From NCBI GenBank assembly GCA_040767085.1, contig JAXGPF010000004.1, positions 96,001 to 160,000 on the forward strand: DNA of 64,000 bases. Direction: 5' to 3'. The stretch is from Kiritimatiellia bacterium (lineage in GTDB: Bacteria; Verrucomicrobiota; Kiritimatiellia; JAAZAB01). The translations under genes and the position numbers were made by a program. Below, piece after piece: positions 1 to 11,249 of this stretch. A model generated the notes under the pieces. It saw only the letters and a list, made by a program, of their open reading frames with translations. It searched no databases and was not told where the DNA came from. Positions within the stretch are counted from its first letter, which is position 1. Every line of letters begins with the position of its first letter.

Positions 1-1491
1 CCGCATATCCTGCATGGCTTCCAGCAATTGCCGGTCCAGTTCCGGCAGTTCCACCCAGCAGTCTACGCGCTGCACCGGGCGCAAATCCGCCCCGCGCAAA
101 CGCGCGGTCGCGGCGGCGTTGAAAGCGGCGCTGAATTCCGGCAAGGCGGCGCGGCGCAGCGCCAGCCCGGCGGCCGAGGCGTGACCGCCGAAGGCGGCCA
201 GATGCCGGGAACATTCCCGCAGGCATTCCAGCAGGTTGAACCCATCAATCCCGCGGGCGGAACCGCGGCCCAGGTCATCGCCATCGAACGACACCACCGC
301 CACCGGCCGGCGGTAACGGGCCGTCAGGCGCGCGGCAACAATGCCGATAACCCCCGGATGCCAGCCTGCGCTCGCTGCCACCAGGCCGAATTGCGCAGCG
401 GAATCGAACTGGCGGCCCCTGCCCTCAAGCTGCTCGACCGCCTCATCGTAAATCCGGCTTTCGATTTCCTGCCGCGCACGGTTGGCGCTATCCAGTTCGC
501 CTGCCAGAACGGCCGCGCGGGCCGGATCTGACGTCAGAAGCAATTCCAGGGCGGGCTCCGGCGTTTGCAGCCGGCCCACGGCATTCACCCGCGGTGCCAG
601 GCCGAAAGCCACATGGCCGGCGCTGATCTCGCCCGTGAGGCCGGCACGCTCGATCAATGCCTGCAGTCCGACGCGTCCGATGGAATGCAGTAGTTCCAGC
701 CCATGCCGGACCAGGACGCGGTTATCCTCCAGCAACGGCGCCACATCCGCCACGGTGCCCAGCATGACCAGGTCCAGCCAGGCTTCCAAATTCAGGCGGG
801 CGGCGGCCGGCCGGCCCCCTGTGGCCAGCGCGCGGCAGAGCTGGTAAACCACGCCCACTCCCGCCAGCATGCAAGCCGCCGGGTCGCTGCCCAACTTGGG
901 ATTCACGACGGCGGCAGCCTGCGGCAGTTCCGCACCCGGTTCGTGATGGTCGGTGATAATCACGTCAATCCCGGCGGCCGCCGCCAGCGCGCAGGTCTCC
1001 GCGGAGGTGATGCCCGTATCCACCGTAATTATCAGGGCGGGATTGCCCAGCGCGCGACAACGGTCCAGGGCCGCGGGAGTGAACCCGTAGCCCGTCTGCA
1101 TCCGATTGGCCAGGCAGGGCGTAACAGAGGCCGCTCCGAGCGCGCGCAAGACCTGGAGCAGGAGCGCCACGCTGGTAATGCCGTCGGCGTCGTAATCGCC
1201 GAAAATCACGATTTCTTCCCGGGCATCCACCGCCCGCCAAAGGCGCGCCGCGGCGGCCGGCATATCCGGCAAAAGCAGCGGATCGCCCAGGTCCGTCAAG
1301 GCCGGCCGCAAAAACCGGCGTACGGCGGCGGCGTCCGGGAGCGCGCGGGCCGCCAGCACGGCGGCGGCCGCGCGCGGCAGATTGAAGTCCGACGCCAGTT
1401 GCGCGATGCGAGCCGGATCGACGTCGGCCGTGCGCCAGATCCGCCCGGCGCCGGCCGCCGCTGTTTGCGCGCAATCGCAGGCCATGGTCAT
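1..1491 (-). CDS. recJ: ssDNA exonuclease RecJ (runs off left edge of window)
   Basis: Manual translation gives VIFGDYDADGITS, IITVDTGI and DVIITDHH (DHH family motifs). ATG at 1491 overlaps the secDF stop (ATGA). Not in the ORF track because it has no stop inside the window. Confidence 0.92.
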   Translation of the reverse strand, partial: MTMACDCAQTAAAGAGRIWRTADVDPARIAQLASDFNLPRAAAAVLAARALPDAAAVRRFLRPALTDLGDPLLLPDMPAAAARLWRAVDAREEIVIFGDYDADGITSVALLLQVLRALGAASVTPCLANRMQTGYGFTPAALDRCRALGNPALIITVDTGITSAETCALAAAAGIDVIITDHHEPGAELPQAAAVVNPKLGSDPAACMLAGVGVVYQLCRALATGGRPAAARLNLEAWLDLVMLGTVADVAPLLEDNRVLVRHGLELLHSIGRVGLQALIERAGLTGEISAGHVAFGLAPRVNAVGRLQTPEPALELLLTSDPARAAVLAGELDSANRARQEIESRIYDEAVEQLEGRGRQFDSAAQFGLVAASAGWHPGVIGIVAARLTARYRRPVAVVSFDGDDLGRGSARGIDGFNLLECLRECSRHLAAFGGHASAAGLALRRAALPEFSAAFNAAATARLRGADLRPVQRVDCWVELPELDRQLLEAMQDMR

Positions 1492-4013
1492 TTTTTTACG
1501 GCTTTCCCCGGCCGTTTCGAGCGGTACAGGTTCAGCATGACCGGCACGGCGATATATATGGTCGAATAAGTGCCGGCGACCACGCCGATAAATAGCACCA
1601 ACGCAAAATCGTTGATGGCGCCGCCGCCGAACACCAGCAGAATGGTGACCGCCAGGAAGGTGGTCAACGAGGTGAGGATGGTGCGGCTGAGCGTCTCGTT
1701 CAGGCTGGCGTTGCACAATTGCTTGAAGGTCTGCCGGTCGTCGGCGGCGTTGGGCTGCGCCTTCAGTTTTTCGCGGATCCGGTCGAAGATCACGATCGTG
1801 TCGTTGATGGAATAACCCACGATCGTCATCAACCCCGCGATCACCGTCATGTTAATCTGCCGGCCCAGCAGGCAATAAACGCCTACGCACACCAGCACGT
1901 CATGCACCAGGGCGACAATCCCCCCGATGGCGTAAGCGAACTGAAAACGCCAGGCGATATAGATCACCATGCCGATCATCGAAAAGAGCAGGGCCTTGGC
2001 CGCCCGGCCCACCATCTCGTTGCCGATCTGCGGACCGACCACATCCTCGCTGAGCAATTTGAAGCCAGCCTCCTCGAATTTCGTCGTCATGGTCTGCTTG
2101 GCCAGTTCGGCGCTGGCGGCATCCGTGCGCAGTTGGAGTCGCTCGCCGCCGCCGCTCAATTCACGCTGGTACTGAATCTGGGTTTCGCGCGCGCCGGCTG
2201 CCGCCAGCGCGTCCCGGATCGCCGCCAGCCCCGGCTTCTGCTGCTCCGCAAAGCTGAAAGTCAAAGACGCGCCGCCGGTGAAATCCGTGCCGAGGATGCG
2301 CGTGTGGTCCTTGGCCGCCCGGATTCCCACCAGCACGCTGCACACCAGCACCACGATGATCGAAAACGTCAGTGCGGGCTTGTACAACTTCAGGAAGTTG
2401 ATTTTCCCGGTGCCGCGGAACATGTTCAACATGCGGATGCGCTGGACCTTGCCGCGGCGGATGACCAGGTCGAAAATCAGGCGGGTCACCACCAGGGCGG
2501 AATACATGCTCACCATGATGCCGGCGGTCAGGGTGACGCCGAACCCGCGCACCGGCCCGGTGCCGAAAATGAACAGCAGCACCGCCGCCATCACGGTGGT
2601 CAGGTTGGAATCCAGGATGGTCAGGAAGGCCTTGTCGTAACCCGCGACCACCGCGGGCCCCAGGCGCTTGCCCAGGTTCTGCTCCTCCCGGATGCGCTCG
2701 AAAATCAGGACGTTGGCGTCCACCGCCATGCCGATAGTGAGCACAATGCCGGCGATGCCGGGCAGGGTCAGCACGGGCAGGCCTACGCCTCCCCCGCCGG
2801 CGCCGGTAAACAAGCCCATGACGCCGGCGGTAACCATCATCGCCAGCGGCAGCAGCAGCATGTTGCACAGCAGTCCGAGGTTGGCGATCAGCCCGCCCCA
2901 GAAATAATAGATCAGCATGAATACGACCACGGCCGCGCCGCTGAAAAACGCCGCGCGCAACCCGCTGGCGATGGAGTCCCGGCCCAGGGACGGGTCCACG
3001 CTGCGCGATTCGATGATTTTCACCGGGGTCGGCAGCGAGCCGGCGCGCAGGACGATGGACAGGTCCTGGGCTTCTTTCAGGCTGAAATTGCCTTCAATCA
3101 TGGCTTCCCCGCCGTAAATCGCCGTCTTGATGAACGGCGCGGAATACAATTTGCCGTCCATGACGATCGCCAGGTAACGCCGGCCGTTTGGATTGGGATT
3201 GCGGGCGCCGCCGGGCGCGTAGTCCGCCGTGATATTGGCAAAGCGGCGGGCGCCCTTGGCGTCGAACGACAGCGAAACGTAAGGCTGGCTGGCAGGACCG
3301 TATTCCACCTTGGCGTTGCGCACGGCATTGCCTTTCAATTCGCTGCGTTGCCGGACAAAATACGGGATATAGAGCTTATGGCCGCCGATCAGCCGTTCCT
3401 CCAGCATGAAGCGGTAGCCGGGCGGCGCCTGGAAACCGGTGATTTGCGCGCGCCAATCCTCGCCCAGCGCTTCGCCCGCCGCGCGGATGCGCTGGTAATA
3501 ATCGCCGCGGCGGCCCTCGGCATCCATGTGCACAATTTTAAAACCATCCGGCGCCAGCCCCTTGTCAAACAGCTTGCGCACCAGATCGTCGTTGTCCTCG
3601 TGCACCATGCTGAATTCCAGGAAAGCCGCGCTCTGGATCAACTGCGCCGCGCGCTCCTGGTCTTCCGCGCTGGAGCCGGGAATCTGCACGGCAATGCGGT
3701 TATGATGCTCGGGATAAATTACCGGTTCCGCCACGCCCAGAGCGTCCACGCGGTTGCGGATGATCTCGAGGGCTTGCTCCTGGGCCTCGCGCACCTTGCC
3801 CGGCAGGCGGTCCCGCACCTGGGCGTCGGTCAGATCGCGGTACTCCTCGCGCAACTGGCGGAAAAGGTCTTCCTCGTCGATCTCCACCGTAAAACTGGCG
3901 CCGCCGCGCAAGTCCAACCCCAGCTTGATCTTGTCCGGCGGAATGACCAGGGCCAGCGAGAATGCCATGAATACCGCCAACAGCAGCCACTTCCAAATCG
4001 CGTGCTTGTCCAT
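1488..4013 (-). CDS. secDF: Protein translocase SecD/SecF fusion
   Basis: LGLDLRGG, IGMAVDANVLIFERIREE, GTDFTGG and GYSINDTIVIFDRIRE motifs; 841 aa. Confidence 0.96.
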   Translation of the reverse strand: MDKHAIWKWLLLAVFMAFSLALVIPPDKIKLGLDLRGGASFTVEIDEEDLFRQLREEYRDLTDAQVRDRLPGKVREAQEQALEIIRNRVDALGVAEPVIYPEHHNRIAVQIPGSSAEDQERAAQLIQSAAFLEFSMVHEDNDDLVRKLFDKGLAPDGFKIVHMDAEGRRGDYYQRIRAAGEALGEDWRAQITGFQAPPGYRFMLEERLIGGHKLYIPYFVRQRSELKGNAVRNAKVEYGPASQPYVSLSFDAKGARRFANITADYAPGGARNPNPNGRRYLAIVMDGKLYSAPFIKTAIYGGEAMIEGNFSLKEAQDLSIVLRAGSLPTPVKIIESRSVDPSLGRDSIASGLRAAFFSGAAVVVFMLIYYFWGGLIANLGLLCNMLLLPLAMMVTAGVMGLFTGAGGGGVGLPVLTLPGIAGIVLTIGMAVDANVLIFERIREEQNLGKRLGPAVVAGYDKAFLTILDSNLTTVMAAVLLFIFGTGPVRGFGVTLTAGIMVSMYSALVVTRLIFDLVIRRGKVQRIRMLNMFRGTGKINFLKLYKPALTFSIIVVLVCSVLVGIRAAKDHTRILGTDFTGGASLTFSFAEQQKPGLAAIRDALAAAGARETQIQYQRELSGGGERLQLRTDAASAELAKQTMTTKFEEAGFKLLSEDVVGPQIGNEMVGRAAKALLFSMIGMVIYIAWRFQFAYAIGGIVALVHDVLVCVGVYCLLGRQINMTVIAGLMTIVGYSINDTIVIFDRIREKLKAQPNAADDRQTFKQLCNASLNETLSRTILTSLTTFLAVTILLVFGGGAINDFALVLFIGVVAGTYSTIYIAVPVMLNLYRSKRPGKAVKK

Positions 4014-4018
4014 GCGTT

Positions 4019-4378
4019 TTACTCCTTCGTATCCTTGCGCAAATCGTTGTCATCCTGCAGCACCCGGGTCACCGCGGAGCGGACCGCTTCCACCTTGGTG
4101 TTGTCGGCAATCTTGATGACAAACACATCGGGCTTGACGTTGGCCACCACGCCGATCAATCCCCCGGCAAACAACACCCGGTCGCCGGTCTTGATCGAGT
4201 CAATCAACTTGCGCCGTTCCTTCTCCCGGCGCTGTTGCGGCAGGATCATCATGAAATAGAACAAAGCCACCATGATCACCAGCCAGCCGATCAGCAACCC
4301 CGGAGATTGCTGCTGACCCGCGCCGCCGGGACTCCCGCCCATGCCCAACGCCAGCATACTCGCCATTGATGTCATCAT
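4019..4378 (-). CDS. yajC: Preprotein translocase subunit YajC
   Basis: Single TM followed by FYFMMILPQQRREK...GDRVLFAGGLIG; tgt-yajC-secD synteny. Confidence 0.93.
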   Translation of the reverse strand: MMTSMASMLALGMGGSPGGAGQQQSPGLLIGWLVIMVALFYFMMILPQQRREKERRKLIDSIKTGDRVLFAGGLIGVVANVKPDVFVIKIADNTKVEAVRSAVTRVLQDDNDLRKDTKE

Positions 4379-4404
4379 CCGTGTCCCCCTGCATCCTCGC
4401 TTGG

Positions 4405-5556
<1,152 letters not shown>

Positions 5557-6159
5557 TTAAAATGCCTGCCGGCTTTTCATGGCGTTGGCCAGGGTGAGGG
5601 CATCGGCATAAGCCACACCGCCGCCGGCAGGGATGCCCATGGCAGGACGCGAGACCAGCAGATTGCGCCCGGCCAGGCGGCTGCGGATGAAACTGGCCGT
5701 AGCATCGCTTTCTACATTGCTGTTCAGCGCCAGGATAACTTCCCGGAAGGATGCCCGCTCAATCCGCGCCAGCAGGGAACTCATCCGCAAATCCTGCGTA
5801 CCCATCCCGTTCATCGGCGAAAGCCGCCCCATCAGCGCATGGTAGCGACCGCGGTAGCCGCCGGCCTGCTCGATCCGCATGATGTCGGCCGGCGCCTCCA
5901 CCACGCAAAGCAAGCCGTCGTCCCGCGCCGGATCAGTGCATAGCCGGCAGGGATCCTCCTGCGCCGCCGTCAAGGCGCCGCACCGGCCGCAGCAGCGCAG
6001 GCTGGCAGCCACTTCCTGCAAGGCGGCGGACATCTCCGCGGGCAGATTGGATTGATCCGTCAGCAGACCGAACACCAGCCGCTCGGCGGAGCGGCGGCCG
6101 ATGCCGGGCAGTCGCCCGAAACAATCGCGCAGTTTTTCGAATGCGGGATGATAGCGCAT
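5557..6159 (-). CDS. recR: Recombination mediator RecR
   Basis: LPGIGRRSAERL HhH, C4 zinc finger, TOPRIM-like LCVVE; dnaX-ybaB-recR synteny. Confidence 0.94.
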   Translation of the reverse strand: MRYHPAFEKLRDCFGRLPGIGRRSAERLVFGLLTDQSNLPAEMSAALQEVAASLRCCGRCGALTAAQEDPCRLCTDPARDDGLLCVVEAPADIMRIEQAGGYRGRYHALMGRLSPMNGMGTQDLRMSSLLARIERASFREVILALNSNVESDATASFIRSRLAGRNLLVSRPAMGIPAGGGVAYADALTLANAMKSRQAF

Positions 6160-6210
6160 GGTGAAGATCAATCGCGGGCGTCCGCCGCTTTTTCCACGGA
6201 CCGCTCAGGG

Positions 6211-6528
6211 CTACATTCCCGGCAAATCCGGCATCCCCATTTCCGACATCAGGCGGCGCATCTCGGCCGCGCCATGCTTGCGGGCGGCATCCAGGGCGCC
6301 TTCCACCGCCGTCAGCACCATTTTTTCCAGGACGGCAGGCCGGGCCGGGTCCATCGCCGCCGGATCAATTTTAACAGCCGCCACCGAACCGTCGCCGCGG
6401 GCGGTGACCGTCACCTGGCCGCCGCCCGCGGAGAAATCTACCGTCTGCTGGCGCAGTTGCGCCTGGATTTTCTTCACATTGCGCTGCATGCTGGCGGCGT
6501 CTTTGATCATCTTGAACATGTTTTTCAT
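6211..6528 (-). CDS. ybaB: YbaB/EbfC nucleoid-associated protein
   Basis: SAGGGQVTVTARGDG motif; lies between dnaX and recR. Confidence 0.9.
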   Translation of the reverse strand: MKNMFKMIKDAASMQRNVKKIQAQLRQQTVDFSAGGGQVTVTARGDGSVAAVKIDPAAMDPARPAVLEKMVLTAVEGALDAARKHGAAEMRRLMSEMGMPDLPGM

Positions 6529-6542
6529 AGCGGCCTTGCTCC

Positions 6543-8315
6543 CTACTCCCGGATTTCCTGAATGCTGCCGTTAAACTTGTCTAAAACCTTCTGCACTTTC
6601 TCATCTGCCATCCATTTGCGCACGGCGGACTTGCCGCCGGCGGGCGCGGCCGGTTTCTCGTCCTTGCCCGGCTTGGCAGGTTCCACCCGGTGACTGGCGG
6701 CGGCCGGCGGAGTCGCGCTTTTGCCTGTCGGCGCGCCGCCGGTGGCCGGCAATTGGTCGCACAATTCGAAAGCCACCTCCACGGGGCGGCGCAAAGTTTC
6801 CTCCACGCCTTTCTGGACGGCCAGGCGGTTGCGCGATTGCTGCAATTGTTCCAGGCGGTCGGCAAATTCGCGGTCAATGCCGATGACCACTTTATCGCCC
6901 TGGACGGACAACGGCGCCGCGTCCAGGAGGTACGTACGGGCCCGGATGGCAATACGCCCCACCCTTTCTATAACCAGGGGCCATTCCCGCAGCAGACGCA
7001 AGTAGTCGCCTGCCGGCGGCTCGGGCACGGCGGCGGAGGCCGCCGGCGCCAGTTTCAATTCGCCGGCGGCTGGCGGCGTTTTAACCGCCGCGGCGGCGTT
7101 CCGTCCGGCGGCCGGCGCTGCCGCCACGGCCGCGGGGCGCGGCGGGGGCGGCGTCATGGGCCCGCCGGGGGCGCCGGGCAATTGGCGCCGCAAGGTTTGA
7201 ATCTGCTCGAGCACTTCGTCCAGGCTGACCGCATCGCGCAGCCGGGCGCAGCGGATCAAGGCGGTTTCCACCAGCGTGCGCCGCGAAAGCGCATAGCGTA
7301 TGCGGTCCAGCGTATCCATGAGGATTTCCGCCATGCGCAGCAGGCGGCCGGCTTCCGCCTGCTCCGCCTGGCGGGCCAAAAGCGCCGTTTCCGACTCGAT
7401 CAGTTCGCCGGCGGCCGCGGCGCCGACCTCGACCAAAATCAGCAGGTTGCGGAAATGCTCCAGCAGTTCCACCAGCAGGCGCTGCATGTCTTTCCCCTGC
7501 CCGTCCAGTTCGTCCACCAATTTCACCGTCTGCAGAATGTCGCCGGCCAGGATCGCCCCGGAGAGGGTTTCCAGGGCATGGCGCGAAATCAGGCCGAACA
7601 CCGCGAGCACATCGGCTTCCTTGATCTGCCGGCCCTGGAAGGAAATCATCTGGTCCAGGGCGGACTCGGCATCGCGCAAGCCGCCTTCGGCGGCGCGCGC
7701 CAGCGCCAGCAAGGCATCGCGGTCCACATCCACCTTTTCCGCGCCGGCAATCAATGCCAGGCGCTCGACTATCAGCGGGGCGGGGATGCGCCGCAGGTCA
7801 AACCGCTGGCAGCGGGAGAGAATGGTGGCGGGGATGCGCTCGGGATCGGTGGTCGCCATGAAAAATTTTAAATGCGGCGGCGGCTCCTCCAAGGTCTTCA
7901 ACAAGGCGTTAAACGCCTCGTTCGTCAGCATGTGGACTTCGTCAATGATGTAGATTTTAAACCGGCCCTGCGGCATGAACCGGGCGTTGTCGCGCAATTC
8001 GCGGATATTGTCAATGCCGCGGTTGGAGGCGGCGTCGATTTCCTGGACATCCAGGTTGGTGCCGGCGGCGATTTCGCGGCAGGAGTCGCACACCCCGCAG
8101 GCCTTGACCGCGGGGCCCTTGACGCAATTCAGCGCCCGGGCGAAAATCCGGGCGATGGTGGTTTTGCCCACGCCGCGCGGACCGACAAACAGGTAGGCAT
8201 GCGCCACGCGTTCCGATTGGATGGCGTTTTGCAGGGTGGTGATCACATGCGCCTGGCCCACGACATCGTCGAACTGCTGGGGCCGCCACTTGCGGGCTAT
8301 AACTTCATAAGCCAT
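6543..8315 (-). CDS. dnaX: DNA polymerase III subunit gamma/tau
   Basis: ARKWRPQQF, GPRGVGKTT, EIDAASNRG, DEVHML and SRCQ motifs. Confidence 0.96.
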   Translation of the reverse strand: MAYEVIARKWRPQQFDDVVGQAHVITTLQNAIQSERVAHAYLFVGPRGVGKTTIARIFARALNCVKGPAVKACGVCDSCREIAAGTNLDVQEIDAASNRGIDNIRELRDNARFMPQGRFKIYIIDEVHMLTNEAFNALLKTLEEPPPHLKFFMATTDPERIPATILSRCQRFDLRRIPAPLIVERLALIAGAEKVDVDRDALLALARAAEGGLRDAESALDQMISFQGRQIKEADVLAVFGLISRHALETLSGAILAGDILQTVKLVDELDGQGKDMQRLLVELLEHFRNLLILVEVGAAAAGELIESETALLARQAEQAEAGRLLRMAEILMDTLDRIRYALSRRTLVETALIRCARLRDAVSLDEVLEQIQTLRRQLPGAPGGPMTPPPPRPAAVAAAPAAGRNAAAAVKTPPAAGELKLAPAASAAVPEPPAGDYLRLLREWPLVIERVGRIAIRARTYLLDAAPLSVQGDKVVIGIDREFADRLEQLQQSRNRLAVQKGVEETLRRPVEVAFELCDQLPATGGAPTGKSATPPAAASHRVEPAKPGKDEKPAAPAGGKSAVRKWMADEKVQKVLDKFNGSIQEIRE

Positions 8316-8369
8316 GATCAAATCCTTCCGGTTGTCTTTGCCGCGATATTTTCCCGCCCGGGGCGCGCA

Positions 8370-9522
8370 TTAGCGCGCCGCCGCATTTCCACCGGCCTTC
8401 CCGTTGCCCGCGGCGGCGCGGTTGTGCTTCAGCCAGGCTTCAATAAACTGGTCCAGTTCGCCGTCCAGCACGGCGGCCACGTTGCCGGTTTCGGTTTCCG
8501 TGCGGTGGTCCTTCACCATGGTATAGGGCTGCATCACGTAGGAGCGGATTTGACGTCCCCAGGCGATCTCGCCCTTCTCCCCGTAAAAACGCTCCATCTC
8601 CTTCCGCTTCCGGTCCTCGCGCCATTCGTACAGACGGGCGCGGAGCAATTTCATGGCCTTGGCCCGGTTGGCGTGCTGCGAACGCTCGGTCTGGCAGGCC
8701 ACGACAATGCCGGAGGGCAGATGGGTGATCCGGATCGCGGAATCGGTTTTGTTCACATGCTGCCCGCCCGCCCCGCCGGAACGATAGGTATCCACCTTCA
8801 AATCCTCGTCCTTGATTTCCACGTCAAAATCGTCATCAATTTCCGCCACCACGTCCAGCGAGGCAAAGGAAGTATGCCGCCGGTGGTTGGCGTCAAAGGG
8901 ACTGATCCGCACCAGCCGGTGCACGCCGCGCTCCGCCGCCAGGCAGCCGTAGGCATACTCGCCGTTCACGGCAAAAGTCACGCTCTTGATCCCGGCTTCA
9001 TCGCCCGGCAGCATGTCCAGCACCGCCAGTTCGAAATCCCGGCGTTCGCAGTACCGGCGATACATGCGGAAGAGGATTGCCGCCCAGTCGCAGGACTCGG
9101 TGCCGCCCGCGCCGGCATGCAGGCTGAGAAAGGCGTTGTTGCGGTCGAATGGTCCGGCCAGCAGCGACTGAATTTCCAGCCGCGCGAAGGCGGCTTCCCA
9201 CTGCGTTAATTCCTCCCGGACATGCGCGGCGGCGGCCGCCGCCTGGTCGGCATCGGACTCCTCCCGCGCCAATTCGAGCATGACGCGGGAATCTTCCAGC
9301 CGGCGGGCCAGCGCGCGGCAGGGCTCCAGCACCGCGCGGTGGGCATTGGCCTGGTTGATCAGCGCCCGCGCCGCACTGGCATCTTCCCAGAAATCCGGCG
9401 CCGCCATCCGTTGTTCGAATTCAGCAAATTGTTTTTCGCGCTGGGCGCAGTCAAAGATACCTCCGCATTTCGCCCAGCCGCCGCTCCATTTCCTCAAGAC
9501 GCTCTTCCAGTTCCTCCAGCAT
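8370..9522 (-). CDS. prfB: Peptide chain release factor 2, with programmed +1 frameshift
   Basis: SPF and GGQ motifs. A 23-codon leader from ATG 9522 ends ...CGG AGG TAT CTT TGA C (9456-9450), the canonical RF2 shift site. Confidence 0.96.
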
Positions 9523-9649
9523 GTCCAGCTTCCCCTATGCAAAATCCGCCCGCGCGCCGCCTGGCGGTCAATTTATCCGGCATTGCCAAAAAACGCATTA
9601 TGCCCGATCCCCCGGTATTTGGCAAGCCGGCAAAAAGAAAAATCCATCT

Positions 9650-9721
9650 GATCCGCAGATTGCGCAGATTCAGAAACGGAGGGATGATCCGCAGATTGCG
9701 TAAATTCAGGGACAGAGGGAT
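9650..9721. repeat. Two tandem 36-bp units with a CCGCAGATTGCGCAGATT core
   Basis: gatccgcagattgcgcagattcagaaacggagggat and gatccgcagattgcgtaaattcagggacagagggat. Confidence 0.8.
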
Positions 9722-9723
9722 GG

Positions 9724-9803
9724 CACCAATCATGGCGGCAAACTCGCCTTGCGAGACGTCGAGATACTCACGAACGACTCGAATATCAGGGGCTTGATCT
9801 CGT
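9724..9803 (-). pseudogene. 80-bp duplicated internal fragment of the HigA-like antitoxin gene
   Basis: Near-identical to 10764-10844 (two substitutions and one G deleted). Confidence 0.85.
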
Positions 9804-9851
9804 TTCAACTCAATTGGATAAAACAATGGCCTGCATTCATCTTGTGTGCCT

Positions 9852-10226
9852 TTATTTTTTTGGAAAATACTTGACCATATTCAATCCCTTGAAGTCCTCA
9901 TCCTGCGTCCAGAGAGTTGCCGCATGTTCGCGTGCGGCCGCGAGGATGATGCTGTCCGCCATCGGCAACGAGTGCTTCAGGCTGAACGCAGCGGCAGATA
10001 ACGCTCGCTGCGGCGTAAGATCGACCAAGTGGCCGCGTTGCATGGCGGCGGCAGCCAGCAACGCCGCTTCTTCTCCTGATTCGCGCAGGAGAACCTTAAA
10101 GACTTCGCAGATGGACACGGTAGGCACAACCAGCGAATCCAAATCCTTGAGAGGAACGGCAAAACGTGAAGCGTTTTTTCCGTCGGAAAAGTATTCCAGC
10201 CAACCTGATGAGTCCACGACATTCAT
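9852..10226 (-). CDS. vapC: VapC-family PIN-domain toxin (cassette-borne)
   Basis: MNVVDSSGWLEYF...LPMADSIILAAA...LWTQDEDF PIN signature. Confidence 0.9.
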   Translation of the reverse strand: MNVVDSSGWLEYFSDGKNASRFAVPLKDLDSLVVPTVSICEVFKVLLRESGEEAALLAAAAMQRGHLVDLTPQRALSAAAFSLKHSLPMADSIILAAAREHAATLWTQDEDFKGLNMVKYFPKK

Positions 10227-10429
10227 ACTCGATCCGCCTCTCTCGAAAAGTCCGTGTTGATTCCTTTCACAAACCCCCTGAGGTCCGAAATGTCGCGTTC
10301 CGGGATAAGCTCCACGCGTCCTGAATACTCAATCACCTGCATCCTCTGTCCGGGGCGAAGTTGCAGGTTATCTCGTACCGGACGGGGGATAACGATCTGA
10401 TATTTGGGTGATACCGTCACTGCATGCAT
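10223..10429 (-). CDS. AbrB/MazE/SpoVT-family antitoxin
   Basis: VTVSPKYQIVIPRPVR motif; overlaps the vapC start by 4 nt. Confidence 0.9.
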   Translation of the reverse strand: MHAVTVSPKYQIVIPRPVRDNLQLRPGQRMQVIEYSGRVELIPERDISDLRGFVKGINTDFSREADRV

Positions 10430-10500
10430 GATGAATCCTCCATCGATCTGTTTTCGTAGTACAATATTCCAATCGATGGGTCGCTGTCAATTATCTTTAA

Positions 10501-10634
10501 GCCCAACGGCGAAATGTTAAGCGCAACTGACGGAGACCGCAAACTCGGCTTCCGATCGAACGGCAATTTTACAAATCAGGCTTTTGAAATCCGCGTCGCC
10601 CTGGTTGAGAATCGCCTGGATTTGTTTGTTGGGC
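10501..10634 (-). other. Composite/degenerate attC-like site
   Basis: On the minus strand GCCCAAC (10634-10628) ... GTTGGGC (10507-10501). 10501-10568 is a close copy of 13431-13498. Confidence 0.65.
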
Positions 10635-10932
10635 TGGTTCTTTGTCCATGCAGAGCGTCAAGAACTGCAGCCGGATTGTGTGCAGCGATGGTCAGAAGCG
10701 CTTTCGCCGGCCCCTCGGGCTGGCGTCGGCCTTGCTCCCAGTTCTGGAGGGTCCGGGTGCTGACACCAATCATGACGGCAAACTCGCCTTGCGAGACGTC
10801 GAGATGCTCACGAACGACTCGAATATCAGGGGGCTTGATCTCGTAGAACCGGCTGGGTGTTCGGCGTCCCGCCTTGATCTCTCCGGCCTCCTTGATGCTG
10901 GCGACCAACCTGGCAAACGTGTCTGCTTTCAT
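10576..10932 (-). CDS. higA: HigA/NadS-like XRE HTH antitoxin
   Basis: SQGEFAVMIGVSTRTLQNWEQGRRQPEGPA; the C-terminus reads on into the attC-like site. Confidence 0.85.
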   Translation of the reverse strand: MKADTFARLVASIKEAGEIKAGRRTPSRFYEIKPPDIRVVREHLDVSQGEFAVMIGVSTRTLQNWEQGRRQPEGPAKALLTIAAHNPAAVLDALHGQRTSPTNKSRRFSTRATRISKA

Positions 10933-11243
10933 GTTAACCACTCCTTGACCAACTCCCGGAGGAATTTTAGTTGCGCCGGCGTGAGGTCATCTTGATCTAT
11001 CTTCTTGTACGGCAAAAGCATGTAGATCGTATCCGGCATATCCCAGTAGTATATGACCCGCAGGGCACCGCGCTTGCCAATACCGGGTAGCTTCCACCGC
11101 ACCTTCCTCAATCCACCTCAGCCGCGGATGAGGTCCCCGGCATCCGGCCTGAACATCAGCGCCGTCTGCAATCTTCGGTACTCTTCATCCGGCAAGAGGC
11201 TTCTGATCTCTTTCGTGAACACGGAGGTCTCAATGAAAATCAT
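10929..11243 (-). pseudogene. higB: RelE/HigB-family toxin with premature TGA at codon 42
   Basis: MIFIETSVFTKEIRSLLPDEEYRRLQTALMFRPDAGDLIRG*GGLRKVRW...GKRGALRVIYY; stop at 11120-11118. Confidence 0.85.
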
Positions 11244-11249
11244 GGAAAT

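Noticed and set aside
1719-4259. Long antisense ORFs here and elsewhere (e.g. 34961..37228, 38905..40746, 26916..28514)
   Set aside because: Shadow frames of well-supported genes, expected at high GC.
6543-8315. dnaX -1 frameshift or an upstream SRP RNA
   Set aside because: No A-AAA-AAG slippery site seen, and the 54-bp gap to prfB is too short for an SRP RNA.
9494-9826. 110-aa minus-strand ORF
   Set aside because: Chimeric read-through of the higA fragment and the 36-bp repeats.
11118-11120. Selenocysteine or recoded TGA in the toxin
   Set aside because: The position is normally Ser/Thr in this family, and TGA is used as a stop throughout the window.
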